From Antedon mediterranea (lineage: Eukaryota > Animalia > Echinodermata), in the NCBI RefSeq assembly GCF_964355755.1, contig NC_092680.1:3100001-3164000 (forward strand): a stretch of DNA of 64,000 bases, written 5' to 3'. Shown here piece after piece: positions 25,963 to 38,825 of this stretch. Both the position numbers and the translations under genes were made by a program. The notes under the pieces were generated by a model. It did not search any database. It saw nothing but the letters and a program-made list of their open reading frames with translations, and was not told where the DNA came from. Position 1 is the first letter of the stretch. Each line of letters opens with the position of its first letter.

Positions 25963-26515
25963 GTAAGTTGATCATGTTGAAAGAACATATGTTATTGTTA
26001 CTATGACTTTCGATTTATTACAGATCTGCTGGTTAGTAATCTATCCGAGGGCCTGTAGTGTAAAACCTCCCAGGAACTTTGCCGTTTCGGCTAATGTTTT
26101 CCCAAAAATGTTAGCAGTACATACAGTAGGTGAATTTTAAATAGAGAAACAACATCAGAGTGAGTAAATGTTGTTCGGTTAAGACAGTGGAATCGTAATT
26201 ACGTAGCCATAACATCGGCAAGGGTTTGCGGCTCACTCGCTCCATGGTAGAAGAATGTTTTATTATTTTTAGCTTTTTTTTAAAAAAATCTACTCGGCTG
26301 AGTGACCTACAAGGTCTAAATCCGTCCCTGCCAACTATAACAGTGAGGGATCAAGCTTGTTTTTTAGCCTACAATTTATTGTACAAAATAATTTCATAAT
26401 AGTAATACCGCCCTCAGTTGGTTTTAAGCTTTCATTTAATATTTAATTTTCACTAATATGCAGGTTATTTTTAATGTCTATGAATTATTCTGTCAGTTTC
26501 TATTGCGTTCCCACC

Positions 26516-26657
26516 CTGTCTACTGTTGGACAAAAAAGTGTCATGTGCCCAAATAATGGTAGTGATATGCTTAAATATGGTAGTGATATGACATGTCCAT
26601 ATATGGGCACATCACATTTGTTTGTCACATAAAGTTTGATAGAGTGTAGACAGAGCT
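26516..26657. mobile_element. Copy of the Harbinger-like MITE family
   Basis: Ends AAGTTTGATAGAGTGTAGACAGAGCTTAA; same internal subrepeats, reverse orientation. Confidence 0.8.
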
Positions 26658-27172
26658 TAAAATAGTACATTGACAGATGTTAGTAATATTGAAACAGTTT
26701 TGTTTTCTTTGTTTATATTGTTGGTAATCAAAACTAAGGATAATAATGCTAACTTGGATAACAATGCGTACTTGAGTCTCATCAATTTCAATTTATGTCT
26801 TTACTTCCTCAAGTTTTTTTCTCCTCAAATCCTCGGCTCACCTCAGAGATAATATGATTTTTTGTATTGTAACATTTTTTGTGTGCTATCAACGGTTTTG
26901 TCATTCACAAGTCACTTTGAAAAAATATTCACCAATTTGCTATACATGTTCTTTAATGAAAAAAATCAAAACAGTACAATTAGTTTAATTTAAGCTGAGT
27001 CCAGTAAATGAGCAGTTAAGACAGAGGGCAACTCCAAATTACAGCCACTATAGTAGAAAAGGTGTTTAAAAGATAAAAACTTAAAAGCGGTCCAGTGCAC
27101 TTTTGTAAACGATCCTACATATTTCAGTAATAAATAGAATACAAGTTTTAATTCTTGTTTAAGATATTACAG

Positions 27173-27268
27173 TTGCAAGGTGGAACTTTCGCAAGCCAGT
27201 GGCTGCACCGCCTGAATCACCACCATTACAGACATCCAGCAGTTGCTGCACTGTTAATGAGGATACAG
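27173..27268 (+). CDS. C8orf89-like gene, internal 96 nt exon
   Basis: TATTACAG acceptor; (V)ARWNFRKPVAAPPESPPLQTSSSCCTVNEDT; donor AG|GTAGTG; phase 1-1. Confidence 0.75.
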
Positions 27269-27614
27269 GTAGTGCCAGTTGTCCAAACAAACATATTCCT
27301 CCATAATTTTACTAACTGCTTAAATATATTAACTGTAGATTCATAAGAAATTGAAATTGGCACTCAGAGTCGCCTTCAGATAGTGCCAGTTGTCCACACA
27401 CATAATCTGTATACATACAGTAGGCCTACTATTGCTTGCAACTTGTTATCAGTAGATTCATCATGAGACATTTTTATTTATTCAGTTGCACTGCTAGTAT
27501 AACCTGATACAGATAGTACCAGTTGTCCACACACATAATCTGCATACATTTTTAACTACATTTACTTCATGCAATTTAACTAGATTCATTAAATGATCAT
27601 CTACAGTATCTAAC

Positions 27615-27654
27615 CATAGAGGTATAAAATTAAATCTAATTTTATACCTCCATA
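27615..27654. mobile_element. 40 bp near-palindrome with 7 bp TSD; putative P-like footprint
   Basis: ATCTAAC|CATAGAGGTATAAAATTA-AATC-TAATTTTATACCTCCATA|ATCTAAC. Confidence 0.65.
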
Positions 27655-28539
27655 ATCTAACCTCCATCGTCGACACACACCACAGTAATTGCTGATACCC
27701 TCTTACATAATAGGTTCATACTCTATACATGCATGTGTTCATTAGGTAGCATCAAAATAACCTCCTTCCCACCCTCCTTATACACTATTAAATTAGTTTG
27801 ACAATAATGTGTGATATGCCCAAATATGGTAGGGATATTCCCAAATATGATAGTGATATGACATCATGTCTACTACATAAAAATTGATAGTGTATTTGCT
27901 TATAGCTTTGTATGAACTCACCCCCGTAATCATCATATGATCAAGTACAATAACAGATTAGTTGGCTAGCCCATCATAGCAGTAGTTTTTACTACATTGC
28001 ACACCTGACTAATAATAAATTGATTGATAATCGTAATCACAACCAATCATGTCAACTTTTTACCGAGAATTCCAAGATACTGTACCATCATGATTAAAAT
28101 GTTAGAAATAAATAATTCTGTTTTATAACAATTGATAAAGGAAGTATGTTAAAAAAGATTGTTTCATTCAGATTATAAGATAATTAAACTATTATGTATT
28201 TTTAAATACTTTAATTATGTCAAACATTATATCCTGTATTTACGTCTTACTTACCTTATCTAAATCATTTTTATTGAAACACATTTCCTTATTAAATAAT
28301 ATTTTATTTACCAATGTTAGTTCCTCATTTGTAATTCTTTATTTAATTTATTGTTCCTTGTTGATGATTATGTTCATGTTTTTCATTTTTTATTTTTCAA
28401 ACTAAATATGATGATTATGGTCATGTATTATTTAAACTACTACAACATTGCATGTATCCATACATTTTATGCTACCTTAAAGATATGCCATTTTATGCTA
28501 CCTTAAAGATATGCCATTTTATGTTACCTAAAATAGTTC

Positions 28540-28837
28540 ATTAATAATAGTTCATTCTTATATAGCGCTCTACAAGCAAGCTTCTCTAAGCGCTGAACAT
28601 TATTACCCCAGTCATTTTTTGGATCAAACACGTATGGAAACATACTCCCATAATGCAGCTAGTAATCAGCGCAAAGTTGTGTCTTGATCGGTAACCATTT
28701 TACACACCTGGGTGGAGAGAGGCAAATGTAAGTAAAGTATCTTGCCTAAGGATACAAGCAATGCGGCGAGAGTTTGCTTCGAACCTCGGTCTCACGATCA
28801 GTAGTTCAACGTCTAACACCCTGCGCCACACGCCCTC
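28540..28837 (-). mobile_element. tRNA-derived SINE with L2-like tail
   Basis: Minus strand has A box TGGCGCAGGGTG and B box GGTTCGAAGC, core CCTTAGGCAAGATACTTTAC...TGCCTCTCTCCACCCAGGTGT, tail GCGCTTAGAG...GCGCTATATAAGAATGAACTATTATT; inserted in a 26 bp local tandem repeat. Confidence 0.88.
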
Positions 28838-29478
28838 ACCTTAAAGATATGCAAATTTATGCTACTTTAAAGATATACAATACAGAATTGTCCCCCTGAA
28901 AAAAATGATTAATGCAAGAATATTAAACTTAATGGTTACAAATAAAATGTAAAGTTTTTAATTATATTTAACTTGCAGTAAAATAAAGGCAGAAAGTTAT
29001 TCAGTAATTAAAAACTAGTATTAATTAGTAATATCTGTAAACTTCCTCTTTGAAAATGAATTATTAGAAGACTGCCATGTTTAACTGCAATTGGTTTTTG
29101 TTTCTATTTGTTTAACATAGTTCATATTCTATTATTTAAGGATTAGAGAGTAGAAAAAAAACAGCCTATACTAACTTTTTTTATTGTTCAAAATGTGTTG
29201 TGATTATTAGTATAAGGAACATAATGTTATTGGTCCATATTTTATTGATTTTGTTTTGTTTTTTGGTAAACTTTTATCTTAACCGCGTTTGCTAACTAAC
29301 AAAACAAGCAATTTAGTTTTCATCCACCAGTGATGCCATTGTATTGATAGTTTAATTTGTATAATACAATAGTCTCTATTAATAGCGGTTTTTGTAAAAG
29401 CATCTGAAGAATTTGTCGTAGTTACAGTACACTCTAAATATCGCCTTCCCTTTGAGCATTTTTTATTATTATCTTCAG

Positions 29479-29757
29479 TTTTAGGTGATGAAAATATGGA
29501 AGGATATAAGCGAAATAGTTTCAGGCCTTCAGCCAGAGGCACGTTTTTTGCCAGAGAGCACTACTTGTCTCCAAATTCAAACACGTTCACAAACATAAGT
29601 AATGATAACTCACTTGCCATGGGAGCTTTAGCAATTACTGCTCCTCCGTCAGCTACTAGTCGAAAACAACAACAATCGGTTAAAGATCTTAGAACACAGC
29701 CATCTCAAACGTTAAGATCGAGAGGAATGCTACCAATGGCAAGGGAACGAGCAAAAC
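29479..29757 (+). CDS. C8orf89-like gene, penultimate coding exon (alternative in-frame acceptor at 29485)
   Basis: TCTTCAG|TTTTAG|GT tandem acceptors; GDENMEGYKRNSFRPSARG...GMLPMARERAK; donor C|GTAAGA (phase 1). Confidence 0.85.
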
Positions 29758-30308
29758 GTAAGACTTGCTTATTGCAAAAAATATTCTCTGATAATATCAA
29801 ATGTTATCCATATAGAGCCTAGGTACTCAACAAGCAGCCAGCAGGCCAAAGTTGGCCCTGTTTAGGGTTACTTGGCCTAAAAGGTATAAAAAAGTAAGGT
29901 TTAAAAGATGGGGTTAATGTCCTTACAACCCTTGAGCTTCTTACAATTTTCTCAAGGCTCAATGGGTCCCAATTTTGTTCGTACTACTAAAATTGTATTT
30001 TAAGAACCAGTGACCATATCAGCAATCAAACATACTGTGAGATATTTCACTTAAGTCAATAAATATTTAGATAGGATAATTTTAGGATATGAGTAGTGAA
30101 TACCACCGCACAGACATTTTTGAGCCAGTATGTGTGTATTGGGAGAATTTACTAAATTATTAGCTTTATACACATCGCATTGTGTTTGTACATTGCATGT
30201 AGATAAAGCATTGTCATGTCAGTAGTTTAGGTATGACCGTTTGTTTTCCATAGCTCACAGTATTTGCAGAGTGTTAAACTTTTTATTGATGTTCTTTTTG
30301 TATTACAG

Positions 30309-30457
30309 CTCCAAAATATGTATATTCAGATGCTGTATCAGGAGCGACTCCAGCATTTCAACAGAGGATTTCTGAATTGACAACTCTAGAAAATGAAACT
30401 TTGAGATATGAAAGAACTCGAAAGCTTAAGAAAAAGACAAAGCAAGACAGAGATTGA
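30309..30457 (+). CDS. C8orf89: C8orf89-like gene, last coding exon with the conserved domain
   Basis: PKYVYSDAVSGATPAFQQRISELTTLENETLRYERTRKLKKKTKQDRD* resembles the recalled human C8orf89 C-terminus ([30 protein letters not shown]...KKGKK..LRDR); AATAAA at ~32537 and ~32635. Confidence 0.75.
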
Positions 30458-30723
30458 AAGAGCTATATTTTTTCTTAAGAGGAAGTTGATCAGAGGTCAC
30501 AAAGAAGCTAAGTATTATCCTTACCTATTGGAAACTAATTTTCCTTCAGTTTGGCGATGAAACCTGCTTCAAACGATGAAAAATCAAATGTAACCGGCCA
30601 AAAGCTTTGTATCGAATTGAAAGTCTTGGACGGTTGGTGATGTCAAGCTGAGGTATCAACCTATCTCATTTACTCTTTGAAGAAAGAACAATGCTGGGTT
30701 TCATTACAGTGGTACTAGTGGTA

Positions 30724-31001
30724 TTAACCAGTTGAGTACCGCAAGTACCAGTTTATTTCACCATCTGGTAAAAGGTAATGGATGGTGCATGTTGTTAACC
30801 AGTTGATTATCAATGGTTGGTTTATTTCACACTTTGGTGAAAGGTGATGGATTGTTTATGTTAACCAGTTGAGTACCAATACCAGTTTATTTCACCATCT
30901 GGTGAAAAGTACCACATGGTGCATGTTGTTAACCAGTTGATTATTATTGGTTGGTTTATTTCACACTTTGGTGAAAGGTGTTGGATGGTTATGTTAACCA
31001 A
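30724..31001. repeat. Tandem duplication of ~137 bp, itself two related subunits, in the putative 3' UTR
   Basis: TTAACCAGTTGA...GTTTATTTCAC...TGGT(G)AAA recurs four times. Confidence 0.85.
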
Positions 31002-31431
31002 TACTTTGGTTTAGTTACTGATATAACCAATAATTGGATGTCAAAGAAATTGTTGTTAAAAGTTCATGGTCTTTCATTGTTATTGTTCAATCTTTAAAAT
31101 GTGCAGTAATAAGACTAAAATATAATTTGTGCAACCGGCTTGTTTGCAATCTAGGATGATTATTATCAGTTTGCTAGCTATGAAGAGATTCTGATATGGA
31201 TAATGTAGGTACCAATCCAATGTATTGTGCTGTGCTCAAGAAAGACAGTCAGTGCTGAAATAATGTATACACTCTTTAGGATTGTTAAATGTTGGCTAAG
31301 GGAAATCCATCTATATTGTGTTGTGTGCTTCAAACGTTTGTTTGCATATTTATAGTTTTATTTTGCATAAGCACTTGTTTACAGTGCTTATATGAGAATA
31401 TTGGAAGAATTTCATCTGGTTGTGGAATAGG

Positions 31432-31694
31432 TATTACATAAAATTTCTTTTTGAACAACCAAAAATAGTATAAGCGAACTTACAGTACGTTTCACACATT
31501 TATGATCAACTATTGGAGAAGGGGGCACGTCCTTTTGGACCTATTGGTGGCGCTATACCAACTCATCGTCGTCATGGGATTAACAACGCTAGACGATGAA
31601 ACGCCAGTTTAGAATGAAACCTGATAGGTTTCGAAACGTACTGTAAGTTCGCTTATACTATTTTTGGTTGTTCAAAACGAAATTTTATGTAATA
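31432..31694. mobile_element. MITE with ~60 bp TIRs, TA-flanked
   Basis: TATTACATAAAATTTC...AGCGAACTTACAGTACGTTTC and its reverse complement at 31633-31694. Confidence 0.85.
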
Positions 31695-34600
31695 TATTGT
31701 GTTGTGTGTTTCAAACGTTTGTTTGCATATTTATAGTTTTATTTTGCATAAGCACTGGTCTACAGTGCTTATATGAGAATACTTCCACCGTGAGAACAAC
31801 GTCATATGAGTTCCACAGTGAATCCTTTCACAACTGACTTTTTCCGGGTTTCTTTGATTACAACATAGTGAAAATGATATGAGACATGATGACTAGTACC
31901 GTTATACTTTCAGTTTCAATCAGTATATACTTGAAGCAATATTTAGAGGCATCTCAAAGATTGCACATAGAGAAATTATGCTTTCACTGGTCTCTGTTTA
32001 GAGAGCTGTTTCAGCACTGGGCCACATTGATCAATACAGTGTCCAGAATTGCCATATTGGTCTCATCATATTAGGCAAATACATAATTTATTTTGGGAAT
32101 TTATTTTGTTGATAACATTTTAAAGTTTATGCAAATTTTTTTTATGCTAACAACAGACATGACAAATTAGTTGCAAATGGAAAAGTATTTGTTTATGTGC
32201 ATGCATATTCATATTTTCATCTTATTTTTTAACCAATCAGAACTCAGAAATGTTTGATTTTCACGAATAGATTTGCTTAGTGGAAACGGGCTTTAAACTA
32301 GAAGGTCTTGTCAAAGTAGAGTAACAACAAACGTAGTTGAAAATAGCTATACCACTAAATACATGTTACTGCATGCATTTGTGTAATAAGAAGAATATTG
32401 CAGTTAATGCGCTCTTTTAGTATCGAAATATAAATCCAACATTTGTAAAATCAAGTTAAATTTTCTGGTATTTCTATGCAGATGTTTTATATTTAAAGCT
32501 CCTAATTATTTAAACCTTTATTTTGTTACATTTACAAATAAAACTTATATTTTATGAAAAGGTTTCCATTGCATGTACAGGTAGTTACCGAAGAGTTTAT
32601 AAAGTTTTAAGAGTTTCGAACCTTTGATCTTGTCAATAAATTATTTTATACCTACTTCGTTTTGTTACCTGCTGATAATTGTACTAATCTAAATACCGCC
32701 CTCTATGTCGTATATTCTTCCATATTGTATAATCAATGTGTTACACAATATGGTTTCCATCAAGGCAATCTATCCACTATATATCATTTTAACATGATAA
32801 ACTTTGACCTTTAAAGAGAGGGCGTTTTACAATATAAATGGCGTCTAGACTTAGCCGCCTTTTGTTTGTGCGTTTGTTTTTTCGCGTCCCTGGATTGATA
32901 ATTAACACACCCTTGTGGGTAGATGCAAGAGAAAAGTAATATATTAAGAAAAAAACTCAATTTACTCAAAACCAATGTTTGCGTTCGTTGCTTTGTTCAA
33001 TAATTTCTGTATGAGTCATTCATTTTCGGTAGTTAGTAATACAACCTAATTATAATACAAACAACAATGCTAGGTAACAGTTTGATCAACATCATCAAAA
33101 AGCTAAATCAAACAATTAGGTTGGAGTGAGAAATTCTAAACTTGCACGAAAAACTATAATGTGGGCTTCATTCGACGCGGTTAATTATGATATTTAGCTC
33201 TTCTTCGAAGAAGATAATACATATAATAAGTTATGTAATTGAGAGCCTACCGTACTTACGCCCTATATCAGAATAGATTATTATCTATTTATTTTCATTT
33301 AGGCCTATAGGCCTAGATATTGTATTTAAACATATTTTTATTTACTAATGCGGACGCTTGTTCAAACATGGAGAACAGTTTATACCTCCATGGTACCCCA
33401 CGTCATTTCATATATTAAACTTTATAAGTTATAGGCCTATATGTTTGTTTGGCATGTTTAAATATGTTCCAATTGGCAATGAAATAGGCTAAAGGTGTTT
33501 TTTCTACCACTGAAGAGAAGAAAATGTTGCCATCTGTGGCACTTTTGTTGTGTATCAACACCTTTCAATCGATTTTCAGCACGAGATTATATAACTTGGC
33601 GTCCTGTACCATCATCACGTTCATTTGAAAATGTTTTTATGAAGTTGTTTGGTTTAAAATTCAGTAGGCCTAGAGTAGCATTCGGTTTATCAGGAGAGAT
33701 ACAGCTAATCAAAAATCAATACAGTTGCTCAGAACCTCGGACTCGATCCGATAAAACTTCTATTTCGTTCAACAAGTGTCAAAACGATCTAGCTTCCAAA
33801 TGTTGACGATTATGCAATAGTGTTATAGTGTTGCCTTTGTGCCACACGTGTCATAACCATCTGAGGCCACTAAAATTAAGAGACGCATGCTGTATAATAT
33901 AAAGACACACGTGACAATTTTATTCAAAATGTATGTAAAGATGCACTGTCATTCCTCAACTGAAAACTTGACTTTGAAATGTATATGTCAATTAAAATCA
34001 TCTTTGCCAAGTTTTACAGTCAAATTTGTTAACAATATCTGAACAAATAAATAATTTACGTCTGTTTTTGGTGTAGATAATGTTTTGCCAATTCGATATG
34101 AGAAGTGAGTAATTTAAATCTATCATGTGTTGGAACTAAAGATTTGATTGTGCGTTTTTACCAAACCATAGCTCCTACTTGAGTAGGCCTGACAATAGTT
34201 ATAATTTGTAGTGTATACTGTTACGTACTAATTAGCATTAGACACTAGTCTGGCCGCAAAATGATAACACTTAAATTAACCAAAATCACTTTCAAATTTT
34301 AATTTGGCCTTTAATTATTATTATTATTAAAAGTGGATATCCATAGAGGATGCTTTTCTTGTTTTGAATTCAATGATAAAGCTGTTTCAGCTGGCAACGG
34401 TATATCTATATGCTAATGCATCTATTATAGGTAAGAAGGCACAGGCTGTTGCTGTCTTCAACAATTGGACTTAAAGATTGTAATTAGTTAAGCTACTGAT
34501 TGGTCTTACATAATAGGACGAACCATTATTTAGAAACCCCGGTTTATTGTCACCTTTGTAATGACACAGTGGTGTGTTAAAACCTATCCTGAATGTCACT

Positions 34601-35769
34601 TATTGTCCATCGCATTGTGTCAAATTATCAAGTAATGCAACTTAACAAAAGCTTTGTGCTGACATTTTTAAGACACACGAACCCGGCCGGTGGCGGCTCA
34701 AGTAGTATTAAACGCGCACCGTATGGTGGATGTCATCATCCGATTAGACAACATGCTTGTTAATGTTGTTATTTTGACATTACTGAACAACATGTGACTG
34801 CACCGGTGCGTTCACATTCACCGTATGGCCATTTAGATAATGGACATTAATAAACATTATTATGAACCAATTGTTAGATAATTGAGGCTGCCGTCCATAC
34901 TGTAATGTAAAGAGTTTCAAATTTTTATTTTTTTAAAATAATTTTTTCTCATTTTTCATTTTATATACTGATATTTCAACTTCATTGTAAGTTTAGCGTC
35001 TTTTTTTTGTTAATATTTTAATGCAATCATTAACGACTTAGTACGGTATCTCCTGTTTTCCCTGTCTTTTTATTTTACAAACAATACATTTTTTATCGTT
35101 TAATTGTTCCTTTGACCCCTATACATAAGCATCAAACTGTATTGATTTTTAATATACAGGAATACCAATAGTTAAGTAAATGTGTTATTATTTCAATAGA
35201 AAGACTTAAAAACCGCTTGACAAACAGTGCAGTCGATAAAGTAGATATCATTATCTAAACGCATTGGTGGTTACAAAGTGAAGGGTTATTCGGTAAAAAT
35301 GGAAAATCCCCACTATGATGCCGGTTAAGAGTCCTCTTCTCCGTAATCAGTGACAACAGGTCATAGGGTGGGGTTAGATTTTAATATTTTACTTAGGCCT
35401 ATTGAATTTTAAATGTAATTATGTATATGTTTGTATGATGCAGTATGTTTTAAGGGGATATTAGCCGGCCCTTGGTGGCATTTGCAGCAATAAAGAAATT
35501 GGATTGAATTGAATTGACAGTAGTCTCAAATGTTATCCAGTATAGGCCTAATCGTCTAATTTTGCAACTGTCCCTAGGTAGATTGTAACTGACTATTGCA
35601 AGTCATCTAAACTATAGTGTACGTTGGATACACGTTATCCATGTTACTACGTTCGCATGTAGAGGCAATTTTAATTGTAAATGTATGATGTAAAATGTGT
35701 CTTTTGGGTTTTTTTTTTTAATTCTTTGTCATAACGCCGATGTTGGAAAAACTCGACATTTCTTTTCGT

Positions 35770-35997
35770 ATCCTAGTTGATTGAGGAAACTTGAACTGTT
35801 TTTTTTAGATAATATTAATTTTCCATGCTGGAGTTATCCTGGCTGATTAGAGTAGTCCAGCCGGTCCGGAAATTAGAATCTTTCTTTTTTTAGATATAGG
35901 AATTTTCCATGCTGGAGTTATCCTTGTTGATTAGAGTATAGGCTAATCGGTCCGGAACTTAGAATATTCCTTTCTTTAGATATAGGAATTTTCCATG
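35770..35997. repeat. ~85 bp local tandem repeat, about 2.5 copies
   Basis: TTAGAT...AATTTTCCATG(CTGGAGTTATCCT...TGATTAGAGTA) repeated. Confidence 0.8.
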
Positions 35998-36529
35998 TCG
36001 GTATTTCAATGCATTTTAACTGACATTTATGCAAGATTTCGATGTCCATGACTTCTAACATATTTTGATGAAAGATCACACAGAATAGTATAAATATGTA
36101 TCAGGCCTATTCGATTTCGAACATTTGAATTACCATTTATTTATTCATTAAAACTTAATTCTTTAACATGCCTTTTCATCGATATTTAAGCGTCTGAAAT
36201 AATAATTATGAAAAAGAATTGTGCATATTTCATATTAGCCAACGATGCATCATATTTTATTTACTTATATAATGAGTGTTTTTATATAAATAATTTATGG
36301 AAGAATTTTCATTATTTATAATTTACGCATTTAGAAATTATTTTAAATTATCTATTGTTAAACTAACATGGCACCAAAGAAAGTATTTTAATCTAGATCA
36401 TTAAACAAATTCTCCATTGTTAAATCTTCGGAAATGAAACTTCTTTGTAGATGAGAAAGGATTTGTAGTCTTACGTGCAATCAAGGTGCTTGATTAAAGA
36501 CAGATCTGGCGAAAGGGGAGATACTGCAG

Positions 36530-36645
36530 TACTCCCAATGACGTCATAAAGATACGCGAACAATTCGTACACCAACACCCGAGCGCATGCGCAGCGTCAA
36601 CGCTAACATTGGGCGTCTTCATCGTACTGTCACACTGACGAGTTG
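36530..36645. promoter_or_regulatory. Candidate enhancer or promoter: CCAAT, full CRE, NRF1-type motif, TGTCA
   Basis: CCAATGACGTCA (CRE 36539-36546), GCGCATGCGCA (~36583), CTGTCA and TGACG in a CpG-rich island. Confidence 0.5.
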
Positions 36646-37985
36646 AGAACAACTGACCAAGTCTGGGAAAAGTGAAATTAATTAATTTCACTCTTTCACA
36701 TACACTGGGAAAGATGCTTCTTACCTTTTAATTGTTTAATAACAAAACGCAAAATTATACGGGTAAATTCTGTCCGCATAATTAATATTTAAATATAATA
36801 TCAATATTGTTTTAGTATTATCTTTTAAGATATCGGTACATTTCAAAGTTGATTTCAGTTCTAACGTTATAGTTAAAATAATAAACATATGTGGGTTGGT
36901 TTGTTTGTGTTCAAGATATTCGAATAAGCTAAAAATTTATTTTATTTTTATTATAAACACGTGCCAATAAATGGTATCAAATCACTTCTGTGTTATAAAC
37001 AAATTATTTATATGATATCCAACACATGGAAAATAAATAATCGTGAAAGAAGAAAAAGCTTGATTTTGGGTGGAGTTCTTTCGCTTTTGAACTCTGACTT
37101 CTAAAACACAAACAATAGACGGTCGAGAATAAAGCTTAGGCCTAAAGTTTATCCGGAGAAACGTTTACCTTTTCATTCTTTATTATTTCATCTTAACTTA
37201 AGTGAACAATAGTAAATTGGATGGAGGCTTCAGGTGGATCTAAAACAAACCAATTTAAAGAAAGGGATTTCCCGAAACATCTATTGTTGTTTGATTGTAT
37301 AGTGCTTTACCATCTGTGTGCATGTATCATGTATTATTCATATAACAATTGAATAGAAATCTAGTTGTATTTGCCCGAGTCTTTGTTAATACCAGTGATG
37401 ACTCACCATATTAAGAGAATAATATTAATAATCATAATTTAAAAAAATAACAATACGAACAATCCCAAGTCTGACTTTTTGTTTCTTTCTTCGTTTTCGC
37501 GATAATTATTCCCGCTGCTGCTGCTGGAGGAACATTACGTCATCAAAAACTGTTGCTTGGAAATGTTTTTTCCAGTATAATGACGTAATGAACTTATTTT
37601 AAGAAAGAGTAACTGTTTCACTGCTCGGAGATGTTTTTCTGTTTATATAGTTTCAGGCTCAAAATACTATTCTTGTAATACAAATAATTCCAGACTGAAC
37701 TGATTCAATCTTAACTGTTTTGAATTAAAATGTTTACTGAAAGAGTGTTTTATATTTAATAATAGTGCATGTATAACATTTGAAATGTGTAACTATGGTT
37801 ACCTAAATGTTTCTCCTGATTATTGATGTTGTATCTGATGTTTTCTTTATATAAAATCATTTCAAATATTTTTCATCAATGTTTTTGTATTTGTTTTGAA
37901 ATTTTCGAGAAATTTTTCACCCGATTTTTCAGAAATTGCGTTTTTCTTTCATTAGAAAGAAATCTTGTGATCTAACTTTGTCTAA

Positions 37986-38111
37986 AACTCTGTCTACACT
38001 ATCAAACTTTATGTGACAAAACAATGTCATGTGCCCCTGGACATGGTGATGTCATATCGCTACCATATTTGGGCACATCACAGTAGTATAGTTTGATAGG
38101 TAGACAGAGCT
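37986..38111. mobile_element. Copy of the Harbinger-like MITE family
   Basis: CTCTGTCTACACTATCAAACTTTATGTGAC...GTTTGATAGGTAGACAGAGCT. Confidence 0.85.
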
Positions 38112-38825
38112 TTACTAAAGATGAAGATTCAATTCATTCATTCATTCATTCTGCTTTTATACAATATTTCTCTTTGCAGTATATATAAAATAAAACTGAA
38201 TTGCGAGAGATTTACATATAAAATTGGTACAAGCTTTCAAACATCAAAATTTACAACATTAAAAAGTTAAAAAGTTAAAAAAAAAAAATAAAATAAAAAA
38301 AAATTCAATCATATTGTATAATTATTATTAGAAATGTATATGCCTAATGTTAAAGACTCCAATCTAATAATAACTCTGTTTTACCAATGATGGCATGACA
38401 AGATAATCATTCAGCATCTTGAGTCATAATTAGCTAGAATGATTTGATAAGCAAAGGATGAGTCAATAACAACTAATATCAATTATAAAAGTAAATTTGT
38501 TTAAGGTATGACGCACAACCAAAATACTTTTTACTAGTGATTCAAGAAATTTAAATTTAAATCTAGGCCTACTTTATTTTATTTGAATACAGAAGCTTCA
38601 TCAGTCCAATGATTTAATGATATAACGATCCGTCCTTAAAAACCTTCAATATAAGAAGTAATAATGGATACTAGGAACTTAAGAATTCAGGAATTAGTTT
38701 ACTGAAATTCTTATAAAAGCATATTTATTTTCCGTTCATGTTCCTTCCTTTATCTTCTACTTCTATCAACTATTGTCATGACGTAATCAATTCTTTCCTC
38801 CTAGAAGTTCTAGTTGTTAAATTAA

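Noticed and set aside
28770-28837. tRNA-like A and B boxes
   Set aside because: Head of a SINE; no complete cloverleaf
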